DNA from: Massalongia carnosa
Taxonomy: Eukaryota
NCBI GenBank assembly: GCA_965645245.1
Contig: OZ287077.1
Location: forward strand, 620,001-684,000
DNA length: 64,000 bases
Reading direction: 5' to 3'
A model generated the notes under the pieces. The model was not told the origin of the DNA, made no database searches, and saw nothing but the letters and a program-made list of their open reading frames with translations. Made by a program: the position numbers and the translations under genes. The stretch's first letter is position 1. Each line of letters opens with the position of its first letter. This document shows, piece after piece, positions 36,358 to 50,104 of the stretch.

Positions 36358-36781
36358 ATTGGATAAAGTTTTCCGGCGATGTCGGTCTGCTAAGCAGTGC
36401 AGCGAATATAACCAGGAAAATGCATGTAAAGAAATAGACTCTGCTCGTACTGATAAAAGCAGGATGGATTATTTTTGGTGATTAGTGAATGCTGGTTTAG
36501 GAATGCCGAAGGTTAGGAAATTTCTCGGCACCTTCCTGTGGAAAATTGAGGCTCTGCGGGAGGATCAATTGCGTGCACTAGCTCAATTGTGTTTCCCGCC
36601 TCGGAAAAAGTATGACCGATGCTCCGTATTTACTTTTCCAGTCAATGCGAAAAATGCTTGACCTCAACGCAGCTAAGCATAATGCTTAGCGCTTGTACAG
36701 CTCCCCATTCTAGCCCGCGGTCGACTTCTGGGCAACGTTTCGAATCTTCGCATTAGAATTGTCGTAGGCCGAAAAAGAACA

Positions 36782-39700
36782 ATGGCTGGCATGGATGCTT
36801 CAACGGCAAAGGGGCTGCAGCCAGGTATTGAAGATTCCGAGAACCTCGAGCATTGGAGATCACTGGCTCAAAATTACTGGTTGAAGTCTATAAAGGCCAA
36901 AAAAGTAAACCCAGATGTCATCAAGAAGGAGATCTGGGATGTCTTGCAAGCTGAGGGCTTCGAGTTTCGATCACTCCAGGCTTTAGATAATCTACAGCTA
37001 CTAGAAAAGTACGAGTCCAGGAAATCATTTTGACTAGCTCTGGGCTTATCTATTATAGATATCTCTGGCCTACCTTCAATGATGATTCAACAAATTACCA
37101 TGTCCTCTTAACCGCACTAATAACCACTGTTAAGACCCGAGAGAATCTTCCAGTTTGGAGTAGGTTTGTCTCCTGTTTTCTATTGAACGACGGCGCTGAC
37201 TATAAGCAGGTATTTTTACAGATGATCCTGGGCGTTTCTCCTCCTTCTTCCGCCGCGTATTAGCTCTCAGTCTTGACGACTCACTTTCGAACAATGTTCG
37301 AACTCTGTTGCTCTCCTTCCTCATCAGTGCCTTTCAATCCCTCGACAATGGCCTCATCCGCAAAGAGTGCGCTCCACTAGTTTCAATATCTATATGGCAC
37401 CACTTGCATAGTGAGTCCGCACGAACCGCACGGTTTGAGCAATATACACAGCTCAAGAAAGCGTGGCGGGTAGCGGCAAAGAGGTACGATACAGCGGACG
37501 AGGACACGAAGGCAAAATTACGATTCGAGCGTGCTTGGCTCTATTCAATGATATTGGACTTTTTATCACGTCTAAATGGGTCTGGCTCTGGTTTGTTCGG
37601 CACAGCTCAAGGTTGAGCCTACTTTAGATACTGACCGAATGTTAGATAACTTGATCTATTGCGAGCGGTTCGTTGAATTCCTCACGGATCTTGAGAGCCA
37701 GTTACCAACGCGGAGATATGCCAATACCCTCATTCAAGATCTTAACCTTTTGGCTCTGATCAGGATCTCTCCGCTATTCAACGATGAAGACAATGGCTTG
37801 CTACGTGATCTTGTCGCTCTTCTTCGCCATTTTGTGAACTTCTCTGTCGATGATAACACAGGTGCTCAATCTACGCAGGATAAGTCTAATGAACAGCACT
37901 TTGAAGCACTTGCTCTACTTCAGAGGACAGCTTTGAAGCATTTCAGATCTCAATTGACCATCCTCGCGCTATCTAACTATGGGGCGATCGAAACTCGACT
38001 AGAACTAGAGGGCCATTTTCAGCAGCTAACAGACTCGGAGTTAGAGAGTCTTTGTAAGCTGCTTGGCTTCCGAGTAGTCTATCCACCCGTCGCAAAAGTC
38101 TTGGTGAGTCGAGTACTCTTGCTGGAAGTTTTGATCTCTGCCCATGAGAAAAACAAGACTTTCCGGGAGGTCGTGAGAAGCCAAAGCATTCTGCCGATAG
38201 AGTCGTCATTGTACGACGCGACTTTACTTCGTAATGAATCTTACAACGGTTCACGATCTCTTGCCATTCCAAAACTAAATCTTCAATACCTCAGCGTTGG
38301 CGACTTTTTATGGCGCTCATTTGTTCTCTACCGGTGCGAATCATTTTTTGAAATAAGAAAATTCATGGAAGACACCATAAAACGCCTACAGCCGAAAGTG
38401 ATAGACTCGAACAACAGCGTACAGTTTAAGGGTATCTCGAGAATGGCAATTCCGATCTCCAAGCCTGCGTAAGTTTGAAGGGAACTCATAAACTTTCATC
38501 TTTACTAATTCTCCTCATAGTATCATAGAAGTCGCCCTTCCAAAGGTAGGATTCAATCAACCTGCTTTCGTCCGAGCAGAAATTGCACTCGATATGAGCC
38601 GGCTGGCTGAATCTGTGCAAAGGGAATGGGAAACTCTTCGGCCTGATGATGTTGTATATTTGTTGGCTGTTCAACCCACGGATTATCCGCCGAGGAACAT
38701 GAACGGTAATTCAGCCGGGACCGGTATGCATGAATCAGGCCTTCAATTCTTGAGAACGGCGGAGGTTGTTCAGCTTCAAGATGTAAACGGGCGCATGATA
38801 CGAGAGGCCCCGAATACTCAAATAACTGGCCACGGCGGTAGGCCAAGATTGCAAAGGCTAATAGTCAATCTTGACGCTGTAGCTTACAAAAACGACAATC
38901 TCATTAAGTCTAGCGGAAAGCCAGATGTATACGAGTTCATTAACGTGGTTGTGCGTCGGAAGGGGCGTGAGAATAACTTTAAGAAGATTCTCGAAACAAT
39001 GCAGAGCCTGGCATTGACTGATGTTCCTCTACCTGCATGGCTACAAGAGGTTTTCTTAGGGTATGGTGATCCTGCTGGGGCATCTTACACTCGACTTGAG
39101 AGTAGAATTAAAGCTGTTGATTTTCGTGATACGTTCCTGGACTGGGAACACTTAATTCAGTCCCTTCCAGGCAAGGTGAGCTTATTGACAGTTTCAAAAT
39201 CAAACTCGTGAAGCTGACGACTACTAGGCCATCGAAAAGGCTGATGAACAAGACGGAGATCTCAAACCTCCTTACGTTCTTGAATCATTGACAACACCGC
39301 AAATTGTTGCTCCAAGACCGCCAAAGAAACGTCGACGCGATGATGTTGAACCTACTCAGCATCGAGCGGAGTGTGTCAAGGTCTCTACATACCGCCCTCT
39401 AAATAGCGGACCCTATCCTAGTGATGCACCAAAGCTAAATAGGATTCGATTTACCCCTATTCAGATTGAAGCAATCGCATCAGGGACGCAGCCCGGTCTC
39501 ACTGTCATCGTAGGGCCTCCTGGAACGGGTAAAACAGATGTTGCAACACAAATCATCAACAACATCTATCACGCTTTTCCATCTCAGCGAACTTTGTTAA
39601 TTGCCCACAGTAATCAGGCTCTAAATCAGCTTTTCCAGAAAATCATAAATCTTGATATTGATAAACGTCATCTCCTTCGATTAGGCCACGGCGAAGAAGA

Positions 39701-41445
39701 GCTTGAGACCAGTGCCAATTATGGAAAATACGGTCGAGTCGAATCCTTTCTTGATAATAGAGCTCAGTATTTGGCGGAAGTGGATCGACTTGCAGCGAAT
39801 TTTGGAGCCCCGGGTGCGCATGGCAATTCTTGTGAGACGGCTGGATACTTCAATGCCGTATATATTATCCCTGCATGGTCAAAGTTTTGGGATCTTGCCG
39901 ATGCCGTCGAATCAACTGCGGAGGACGTTGTGGCGTCCTTCCCATTGCATTACTACTTTTCCGATGCACCTCAGCCACTCTTTCCTTCCGATGCATCAAA
40001 AGAAGTTGTCCTCGATATCGCCAAAGGATGTGAACGCCATATTAACAGAATATTCACTGAGTTGGAAGACATTTTACCGTTCGAGATACTTCAAGGCTCG
40101 AAGGACAAAACCAATTATCTGATGATCAAGGAAGCTCGTATCATTGCAATGACATCAACCCATGCTGCCATGCGAAGGCAGGAAATCTGCGATTTGGGCT
40201 TCCATTATGATAACGTGATCATGGAAGAAGCAGCTCAAATTACTGAGATTGAGAACTTTATCCCTCTGGCTCTCCAAAACCCAAAGAACGGCGTATCCCC
40301 GCTGCAGAGGGTTGTACTCTGCGGTGACCATTTGCAAAACTCGCCAATCATTCAGAACCTTGCTTTCCGACAATTTGCCAACCTTGAGCAAAGCCTGTTT
40401 CTCCGCCTAGTACGCTTGGGCGTTCCGACCATCAATCTCGACCGTCAAGGCCGTGCTCGCCCCAGCATCGCCGAGCTCTATAAATGGCGCTACCAGAACC
40501 TAGAAAACCTTCCGAACGTCATGACCGATCCTGAGTACCTGTACGCTAATGCGGGGTTCAAGTACGACTACCAGTTCATCGACGTGGGTGATTACAAGGG
40601 TGCCGGCGAATCGCAGCCAAGCCCGCATTTCTTCCAGAATCTCGGTGAGGCCGAGTACGCCGTTGCCATTTACCAGTATATGCGCCTACTTGGGTATCCA
40701 GCCTCGAAAATCTCCATCTTGACTACTTATGCCGGCCAGCGAGCTCTGATCAGAGATGTGCTTGGGCATCGATGCGCAAAGAATCAATTATTCGGGTTAC
40801 CTAGGATCGTCACCACGGTGGATAAATACCAGGGGGAGCAGAATGATTGTATGTCTCTTTCTTCCTCCCACTTCGCCATCAATTTCATCAATCATGGGGT
40901 ACACCCCGCTAACTCAGTTCCGCCCTAAAAAAACAGATATAATCCTCTCCCTCACTCGCTCTGCCCGTGTCGGCTACCTGCGCGACATCCGGCGTCTGAC
41001 CGTCGCACTCTCGCGCGCCCGCCTGGGGCTCTACATCCTCGGCCGGCGCGCCGTCTTTGAGTCCTGCTACGAGCTGCGCGAGCCCTTCCGCCTATTACTT
41101 CGCCGTGAGGACAAACTCCTCCTCACGACGGGGGAGGTATACCCCACCGGACGGAAGCTGGGGGATGAATCCATACCTGCGACCGAGATGGTAGGGGTGG
41201 AGCATCTGGGACAGTATGTATTTGAGATCGCGGGTGCGAAGTTCGAGGCGTTGAGGAGGGGTGAGGGCGGTGGCAGTGAGGTGATGATGTTAGAGGATGG
41301 AGCGGGAGAGGGGGAGATGAGTGGGGTTGAGGAAGAGGGGGGCGGAGAGGAGGAGGATGGGAATGTGGATGAGGACATTTGGGATGAGGGTGGTGGGGGA
41401 AAGGAAGGAGGGGATGCGCTGGAGGAGGAGTTACCTGAGCGATGA
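36782..41445 (+). CDS. AQR: Intron-binding spliceosomal helicase Aquarius (Cwf11), multi-exon
   Basis: YCERFVEFLTDLESQLPTRRY, PKLNLQYL, RRKGRENNFK, GPPGTGKTD, IMEEAAQ, GDHLQ, QNLGEAEY, TVDKYQG, RRLTVALSRARLGLY. Confidence 0.95.
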
Positions 41446-41597
41446 TGCAATCTTGTTGGTTGACTTGATGTGTATGATACAGTATATTCTTCAAAGTGAA
41501 CAGACACAGACACCGATCTTCTCCCTAGCATCTTTCCATCACTTGCCCATTCATGCATGCTTTCCCTCAAGGGTCCAAATCGCACTCCAAGCCCACG

Positions 41598-42560
41598 CTA
41601 TTTCTCATCCCTTCTCTCTCTATCCTGCTCGCGCTCCTCCTCCCCCTCTTCATCCCACACGGACGTTCCATCGACCCGCGGATTCTCTGGCGGGGGCCGG
41701 CTGTTCGAGAACCGAATGATTGGCGATATGCCTTTCACGTACCGCTCGGGGGTGCGGCGAGCGTTGAATGTGGCGATGGATGTGAATCGTTTCTGATTGG
41801 AGGTTGAGAAGACGGGGACAAGGGTGGGGCCTGAGGTCAGGGCCGGGGTTGGGTCGTCGTCGCTTCTTGGGCTTGGTACGCGGTCATCACGGGCCTGATC
41901 TGGCGGGTTGGGGGGAGTCGACGGAGAGAGGAAACCTAGCGGGGGATATCTCTCGGCCACGGTGTCGGCGTTGTCGCCGAAGACCATGTTTCGGTAGTCA
42001 TGGTGGGCGGGGGCTATGTATCTGGGTTTAGAGCAAGGATGGTTAGGAAAGGTTTGGATTTATCGAACACTTTGCAAGAGTCTCTAATTTTGTTTTCCTC
42101 TTTCCATTCACGACAATGTTTGGAATAAGGATATCTGCTTTTTATGGGGGAAAGGGGCTTACTTTGTTAGGCTTCCGCGTGCAATGAGAGTTGCGGATTT
42201 GTCCTTAAAGTGGACTGTGGTGTGGGCGATGTTTTTGCTTACTTTGTGATTTTGAAGGAGTTAGTAAGGGGCGGAGGATTTTGAAAATATGGGGAGTCAG
42301 GCCTGGTAAGGGGAGGAGCATACATTCACTACAAGTTGCTTTCTAAATTTCGATGAAGATGAGGGAGGCGATGTTAGGCGGCTTTTTATTCAGAAAGAAG
42401 GGGCCGGGGGGATTAAAGAGTTGGAATGAGGCCAAGAGGAGATTAGCCTTACACAGAATACAATATCGGCGGGTTTTCCGCCCGGGTTCAGATAAGAGAC
42501 TGTGCGCGACGGAATTTTAGCTTGCGAAGCACAGCATTTTCTTCTCCTTTTGCCATGATT
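41598..42560 (-). CDS. Possible multi-exon hypothetical protein; exon structure and start uncertain
   Basis: Several GT..CTAAC..AG intron-like segments at 42025-42450 upstream of the open 41598..41987 frame; no recognised motif. Confidence 0.3.
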
Positions 42561-44078
42561 TGGCGTGAAGAAGCAATATTCTTAATGGGACAGGTGGATC
42601 GTAGGAGGACCGTGGATGGGGAGGTTACCTTTTAAGTTTGTCGGAATGCCCGTCGTCCAAAGGCCCCGAGACGCCACGGCTAAAGAGCCGCCAACATCGA
42701 CTATCCGCACACAGCGATTTATATTAGCATATAAAGCAGAAACTGGGACAAGCAACAAGAGGCCGGAGGCCGGAGGGAGAGATCGGCACCCATGCTGGCA
42801 ATTACGGCCTCGTGAAGTATATCGTATTGGTTCTAGTCGGCGAGTTAGCATACTTGGAGGCGGAGGAGAGGAGGCTTGAAGTAGAAAGTAGGAGGTGACA
42901 GGTGGGTATCGGGGCTGGGGCGGGAACATACGGTATGATGTTTAGAAACTTCGATTTGAAAAAGTACCACTCCGGCACGAGCCTTGGTAATGTAAAGCTA
43001 CAGGCATAAGCCGAAATTTGTAGTGAGTATAGCGGATGGTAAGAGAGGTGAACATAGAGAAGCAAGACCGGCACATTTTCCGTTTTAGTGAGGAAAGAAA
43101 TCATGTTAGGAGCGGAAAAAGAAAGCTTTGGCGGGGAAGAAGTTTAAGGAGTTGTGCCCTGAGAAATGCGAAAGCCGGTGGAGGAAACAGCATTGTGTCA
43201 GAAAGTAATTGAGGAGATCATGAACCGGGACAAGCATACTTTAGGAAACAGTCTTCCGTCCGCGTCAGCATCTAGCCATCCAATCATGAATCTTATCCCA
43301 AGTTGTTGATAGAGAGCTCACCTTTTTTCCAGCCCGATACGATTTCGGAAAGAGGTCCACACCTACAAGTAATGATTACCAAACTTGATCATGACATATT
43401 TGAAATATTTGAGAAGCATACGGCGTCCACAAATTTGAGTCTGGTAGAGTCAATCAGCGGAAGATGGACGAGGAAAAAGGAGCATCACGTGAAGTTACCG
43501 TAAGGATGACATGATGACCAAGAAGTACTCGCCCAACCCAGTTAAGTAAAACGATTCTCAGCTATTAGATAGGGCAGTACATAATGTCCCAAAACAAAAG
43601 GTGATAACTAGCTTGAATAGGTGAATGAGATGAATGCATCAAGAGTTCACTAAGTGGGAACAAAATTTTCTTTTCCAAGTTGTTTCCATATCAATTTAGA
43701 CTGTGTCTCATTAACAAATGTATGTATCCATATTTCAACCATTGAATGTTGATAAAAGACTCATCAGATTCGTTGTTTTTAAGAAGCATAATTACAGTCA
43801 CATGGTCATGTCCACAGTACAACAGATAAGATCAGTTTACGACAAACTATTATATTCAAAAAATGTAATCCAAAAGTGGTTGATATTTCCTTTGTGAATC
43901 GACACCACCTCCCAAGCGCAGCTCTTCGTAGAAGAAGGACCGACAAATTGATTCTGCTCGTAGATGGCAACTCCATTCCAGGAGAAAATGGTTGACCTAG
44001 CGTCAAAATCAGCACCTCGCGGCGAATCATCGTGGATGAGAATGAAGTAGACCTCTCTTTCTATTTCCTTTTAACTCC

Positions 44079-44560
44079 TTAGGAATAGCGCTTCCTCCGC
44101 TGATCTTCCCAACCGGCTAATGCATCAGTCAAAGACCATTTCCACAGCTGCGTTGATCGCCTCCCATGTAGTCCAAGTCTCGCCCTGGAACCCCACCGCA
44201 ATGGTGCAGTCCTGAACGTTGGAAAAATGCGGGGGTTCGTTGGCGCGGAATATGACAGGACCAATTTTTTCCAGCTCAATGGCAACGTGCAGGCAGTTTA
44301 TCGGGTCCGGACTACCCAAGTTCGAATCATACGAAGCTTTCAAAGTTGGAGAAGTTGGTATCGACAACCGCGTTGGTCATTGGGAAGAAACCATCTGTCT
44401 CGGAGTCGGCAGGACGTCGAAGCGCCTATCACTTTCTTGCGCATATAGATTTTTTTCACCCAGAGCTCAGCCATCCGAGTACCAGCTGGGAGTAAAATGG
44501 CTGGGAGCGCTGTCCAGACAGAGCAACGAAGATAGATTCTCGGTTTCGCCCTGCTCCAAG
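44079..44560 (-). pseudogene. Possible decayed small Cys-containing protein gene
   Basis: The frame of the 80-aa ORF continues on both sides through isolated TGA codons (e.g. VEMVFD*CISR); protein-like composition only. Confidence 0.3.
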
Positions 44561-45296
44561 GATCAAATTCGTATATTTATAATTCATAGGTAGGCTATTC
44601 CTAAAGATTATCTACTTGTCTTATAAAGCTTGTTCCCGCACATCAAAACCTTGAATCAACGAGTTAAAACGAGCTACCATGTAAACCTAAGCTTCTCCTC
44701 AAGTCCAAAAGTTCTTCCGATGCTCTAAAAGTAAGGGGGGTGCTTTTTCATAGGGGAAATCCTAGATTGATCGAATGCGAAAAGGCTGCTTCGCTGAGGA
44801 AACTCTTTAGCGTAGAAAGTATATGATGTCGAGTTTTTCTATACAACTTAAAATACTCAAAACTGTTGTCCCAAATAGATTGACATGTTGAGAATGCCTG
44901 GATAGATCTGCTTAAGGACTTGGCCCTAGCGCGCACTGCCTTACATACACCCCGATGGCTTGAAACCACGTACCACTTACAGCTGTTCGTCCCAGAGCCC
45001 ATGAAAGGCCCTTGCTGATAAATGGCTATCTCCATACCAGCAGGAAAAGGTAGACCTAGGTCTTGTATCCCAATTAGTACTTGCAATATGAAAGAACTCG
45101 TTCGCATAGCGTGTTACCTCGTGTTCGTCAACGCAGACAAAGTTAACTAGGCGAATGCTTCAAGCCACGTGACTACGACCTTAGCCCGAATCACCGTCAC
45201 CTAACCTCGATTGTCGTTCAGGACGATGCATAAGAGTTGTCCGGATGATTGATAGTTCTAAACAGTTGAGAAGGGCCTTGTTCGAATGACGAAAAT

Positions 45297-46871
45297 ATGT
45301 CCGTCTCATCTCTTCGATCCTTCGAGTATCTGGAGAGCCTTCCAGGCACTGTCTTCAACAAGTTGTACAAGCAACCATCTACCGCGCTTGCAATCTTTAG
45401 ACGCATGTTGCCTCACTTAGGTAGGCAGTTCCATCACTGCTCTTCAATCTTTCCGTGCTGACCATTTAAGCAAAGAGCTTTGTCATGGCCTTGCTGTATA
45501 TTAGCCATTCTTTGCCTGTGACCGATCTGGAACTTTGGGTGCGCTCGGACAGTAGACGGTGCGCATGAAAATGCCGGGACAGAATGGATCTGATGCTTGT
45601 GAAGTGAGCGAGACCATGCCTTGAATCTTCTGGAGCGGCTCCATGTCCTAGCCATCACCGCAAACCCTGGCAAACCTCGAGCGTATAGTCTCACAAACCC
45701 ATTTGCCTCCTCGTTACGCCTTGCCCTGACTGGAGGCGGGAACCACAAGTCCTTTGGCGTTCCCTGCAATATACCCAACAAGCATGCAGTTACAATATCG
45801 GGACTGGACGAGTTTGCGCGCAAGCAATGGGAGGGTGTCCTCGGTTACATGGTGGGCAGCACTGGCATCGACCTGGCCGATGAAGGGGTGAAGCTCAGTC
45901 AAGGAGTAAAAACCCTGTTGCAGCTCGGGGGGCTTGTGGAGGCTAAGAACCGGAGAGTTGAAATCACGCAAGATGGCTTTGCGTTCATCCTCCAAGAAGT
46001 TAATGCGCAAGTTTGGACTGTACTGATCCTATACCTCGAAAACGCAGAACAGGTATGCTCGGCCATTTCAGGCATTCTCGATTCCGACTCACTCGTATAG
46101 TTAAGAATGGACTCGGTCGAGGTCCTCTCTTTCCTCTTCATGCTTGGCAGCCTCGAGCTCGGCCAAGCATACAGCACAGCTAACCTCACCAAAACCCAGA
46201 CCACCATGTTGCATGACCTCGGCGACTACGGCATCATCCACCAACCGACCCCGGAAAGCCCATACTACTTCCCTACCCGCCTTGCCACAACTCTCACCTC
46301 GGACGCCGGCGCTCTCCGCAGCGCCTCCATCGCCACCTTCGATGCCGCCCGCCCGCGCGCCTTGCTCCCTGCCTCCTCTTCCACCGACACCGCCGGCTTC
46401 ATCGTCATCGAAACCAATTACCGCGTGTACGCCTACACTTCATCACCGCTTCAAATCGCCATCCTGCAACTCTTCGCCCGCCTTTCGACCCGCTACCCCA
46501 ATATGGTCGCTGGGAAGATTACGCGCGAGTCCATCCGCCGCGCCGTCGGCATGGGCATTACGAGCGACCAGATTATCGCCTACCTCGGCACGCACGCCCA
46601 CCCGCAGATGAAGCTTAAGAATAATCCATTTCTCCCGCCCACAGTCGTGGACCAGATCCGTTTATGGCAGATCGAGGGTGAGCGTATGAAGTCCACGCCC
46701 GGGTTCCTCTTTAAGGAGTTTCTCAGCGCGGCTGAGTTCGAAGCCCCGTGCCGGTACGCGGGCGAGATTGGCGTGTTGGTGTGGAAGAACGAGGCGCGCC
46801 GCATGTTTTTCGTCACGCGGCATGAGCAGATCGCGGCGTTTTTGAAGAACCGCCCAAAGAAAGGGGGATGA
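45297..46871 (+). CDS. TFB2: TFIIH subunit Tfb2/p52, multi-exon
   Basis: Starts MSVSSLRSFEYLESLPGTVFNKLY; QWEGVLGYMV, ITQDGFAF, IVIETNYRVYAYTSSPLQ, GITSDQII, PPTVVDQIRLWQIE. Confidence 0.95.
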
Positions 46872-47980
46872 TGGGGTGGCTGGTGAAATGTCGTCTTACT
46901 GCCCATTGACTAGCTACCTATTTGAACAGAGACTGAGTGGTAGGTGCTATAGTCGTTGCGTAGTGGCGGCGGCGAGGCCAGTTTAACAAATGCAACTTCC
47001 CCTGACTCATTTGAGGGGGGGTTTAAAGAAGGTATATCGAAACCTTCTTCCCTTCTTCCAAAATACATGACATAGCGGTCTTAACCGTGGCACCGTCACG
47101 CGAGTATTTCCTTAGATCTTCTAGGCCAGAAACTAAAGATCCCTGCCGATTCGTCGTTTTCCTCTCTCTTTTCTCGTTCGTATATCATCAGTAAGCAAGC
47201 CAGCAAGAACCTTCCTCTTGAGTGTGTAGCTAGACGTTTTCTTTTACTTTTGTCTTCCTTTGAACAAAGAAAGTATATTCGATACTAAGTTCCACCGTCT
47301 GCCGTGTTTGTTATTGGCTCTCTAGCTCTTCACTTTTTCCTTTGAAAAAACAAAAAATAAAAGAAGACACAGGCAATGCGAAGATCGAGATCGGAGAATG
47401 GGTGTGATATGTAAACCAGACCACTACCTAACCTACAGCAGGCGATGAGCAGTGGATGAACACCCATCTAACTACCCACTTACCTACCCAGTTAGTCATC
47501 ATGCAGGAAACGTAAAACTTCCGAGAATGGAAAGGTAAGAATATACAGCAAAAGAAATCAAATTTGTAAGACCCTCAGATAGATTCTGTTTCTGTCCGCA
47601 GCCTCGCCTGGACACGGAACCTAAAGGGGGAGGAAGGGGGGGGGGGTGTTTTTCGCTTGTAGCACGCATATAGACACGCACTAACACACTTGCGCTAAAG
47701 GGATAACGAAGTGTATGTTTTTGCGCAAAAACTAACCACCTAGCTTTTACCAGCGTGCCCTCCGTGTTGAGAAATGGAACAGAAGGCATGGTTTCATTCG
47801 TCTTTCCCTCTTCTGAAGAAAGCGAATAAAAAAAGTAGGAGAGAAAATGAAAACGAACAGAGAGAGGACAAGTAGACACTTCCCCCCAATCCTTGGCCTT
47901 CCTTTCGCTTTTTTTAAGTTCCTTCCTTCCTCTCAATCCCTCCTTAGAGAAAAGCCTAGAAAACACAATAAGCGATAAGC

Positions 47981-49366
47981 TCATTTCTTCCGCCCCATCA
48001 ATGTTTCAAAAACGCCCCTCTTTTCTTTAACCTTCTTTCCACCTTTCCCACCTCCACTCCCTATCCCCGCCTCGCGCTCCGCCCACATTTCCCAGAACTG
48101 CTCCAAGCTCTTGCGCGCTTCTTTGGTGGCGCAAAGGACATGCAGATGTAGGAAGACACGGCGCATGCGGCAGGCGTCGTCTTGCATTGGGGAGGAGGCC
48201 GCTTCGGCCGGGGTGGGGGCTCCAAGGAGGGCTTCGGTGCGGAAGCGGTCGGAAAGGGCGGTTAAGCGGCCGAGCCAATAGCTGGTTGGTTGGGCGGTGT
48301 TTATCTGTGAGGTTTGTGATTTAGTTTGGGGAGCAAGATAGGAGAGGGGAGGTAAAGGAGGTGAGGAGCGTACCAGGTGAGGATTGAGCGTTAGAACCGG
48401 CTCCTCTTCCTCCGACACATGATCTTCCATCTCCTCCTCCTCCTCCTCTTGAACGGGCTGGCTCATCAAACCTGGCTCAGCGGGCTTAACTGAGGCGTCC
48501 AGCTCTGCACCGCATGGACCTATCTCCTCGTGCAAGATCTGCGACGGCGAAACCACACGAGAATTATCAGCTGCCATCTCCAAACCCAGGTTGGGTGAGT
48601 CGATGAATTGATTGTCCTCCTCGGGGATTTCCGTGAACGCCCCTGATGCGGCTGGCAAGGAAAGGTTACGCCCGGATGGCCTGCGTCCACTAGGACGAGC
48701 ACGCACGTTGCTTGGCGTTGCTGTCTTGGAGGCTGGCTGGGAGAAAGCGTTGTTGATCTTCCCCGCAGCACGTGTGATCGTGTGGCGAGCCGCGCTGCTG
48801 GAAGTAGGGCGCATGAAGCTTGGTGTTTGACCCACCGGCTTTTGGTTGAGATTGTTCGTGGTGCTGCGGCGAGGTAGTGGAGGGTTCGTGATGGGTTGCA
48901 TGAGGCCTCGTTGCGTGATCTGCGTGGTAGAGTCGCGGCGTTTTTGGGATGGAAGCAAAGGCTCTTCTGCCTCTTTGTTTGCGCTGGCTGAGTGAAAGAA
49001 GGATGTCGGTTGAGAAAGACGGTAGGAGAAATCGCGGGATTTCTTTGTGGCCTTAACCTCAGTTGACTCAGGTTCTAGGATCTTGCTATAAGTATGAGAG
49101 GGTGTCACCCGAGGCACGAATGCATTGAGGCTGCTGAAAAACGATGAACTGCGTGGGAGTTTGGATGGTGTGGGCAGCCGAGACTGGAAGTGCTGTGGTT
49201 TTGTAGTAGTTGATGGTATGGAGGCAGATGTTGTTGAGAATTCTGTGGTCGTGCGACGACGAGTGAAGGTGTTGGAGGCGAACTTGCTCAGCGTGTCCGA
49301 AAACGATGATTTTCGGTCTGCAAACTTGGGCCGACGCGAGGCTTTTTCATCCATTTCGTCAACCAT
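47981..49366 (-). CDS. Hypothetical Ser/Thr/Pro-rich protein with a compact C-terminal domain
   Basis: 461-codon ORF; probable in-frame 69-nt intron 48373-48305 (GTACGC...CAG); C-terminal SYWLGRLTALSDRF...RMRRVFLHL. Confidence 0.7.
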   Translation of the reverse strand: MVDEMDEKASRRPKFADRKSSFSDTLSKFASNTFTRRRTTTEFSTTSASIPSTTTKPQHFQSRLPTPSKLPRSSSFFSSLNAFVPRVTPSHTYSKILEPESTEVKATKKSRDFSYRLSQPTSFFHSASANKEAEEPLLPSQKRRDSTTQITQRGLMQPITNPPLPRRSTTNNLNQKPVGQTPSFMRPTSSSAARHTITRAAGKINNAFSQPASKTATPSNVRARPSGRRPSGRNLSLPAASGAFTEIPEEDNQFIDSPNLGLEMAADNSRVVSPSQILHEEIGPCGAELDASVKPAEPGLMSQPVQEEEEEEMEDHVSEEEEPVLTLNPHLVRSSPPLPPLSYLAPQTKSQTSQINTAQPTSYWLGRLTALSDRFRTEALLGAPTPAEAASSPMQDDACRMRRVFLHLHVLCATKEARKSLEQFWEMWAEREAGIGSGGGKGGKKVKEKRGVFETLMGRKK

Positions 49367-50104
49367 CTTTTGTCGACGATCGTGTTTTGTTTTTTTATGG
49401 AAGACATTTGAAGTGTGCGTTTGATAACTTTAATATATAGGTACTCAAGCGAGGGTGTCGATGCTATTCCCAACGGCCGGCGAACTCCGCTGGCGGCGAC
49501 TTCAGTGATTAGGGCTCCGGGGATATAGGATGATCCGGCCGGGGGCAGTCTTCATCATTATGGACATATCAACAGTAACAAGTGAATCATCACAACATGG
49601 AGATCTAGCTTAGAGGGTTGGTTACGATAACTCCAAAGCTCGGCTACAGGCTGTACGGTTCTACTGATCTACTCTTGAGAAGGCCTGCCGCTGAAGTGAA
49701 GAGGTGCAAGTGAAACAAGTATAAAGTGTTTTGCTTTAAAGTTTTGTCTTACTTTGTGCCTTTGGGCCCTCAGTCAAAAGTATGCATTTTTATGTTCGTC
49801 CTTGTTCATGTCATATCCTGATAAAGGGGCTAGCTCAAAGAACGGAACCCCCTATCACGGCTGAAAATAATAGTGTACGGCAGCTGTGATCTGGTAGCAT
49901 CTTGTTCATACAATAAAGAAGATGATGCCTATGGTTAGTTCTTTCTTATTGTAGAGTTCCTTATTTATTTTCCCTCTTTGTTTTTCCAATCTTCCGCTGA
50001 TCCATTGTCTTTTTACAGCTATGGGGACTAGATATTCGATCCATTTCTGGCAGACATTTTCACCAAAATATTCCAACCCAACGAGTATACTCAGATTCAC
50101 AGCA

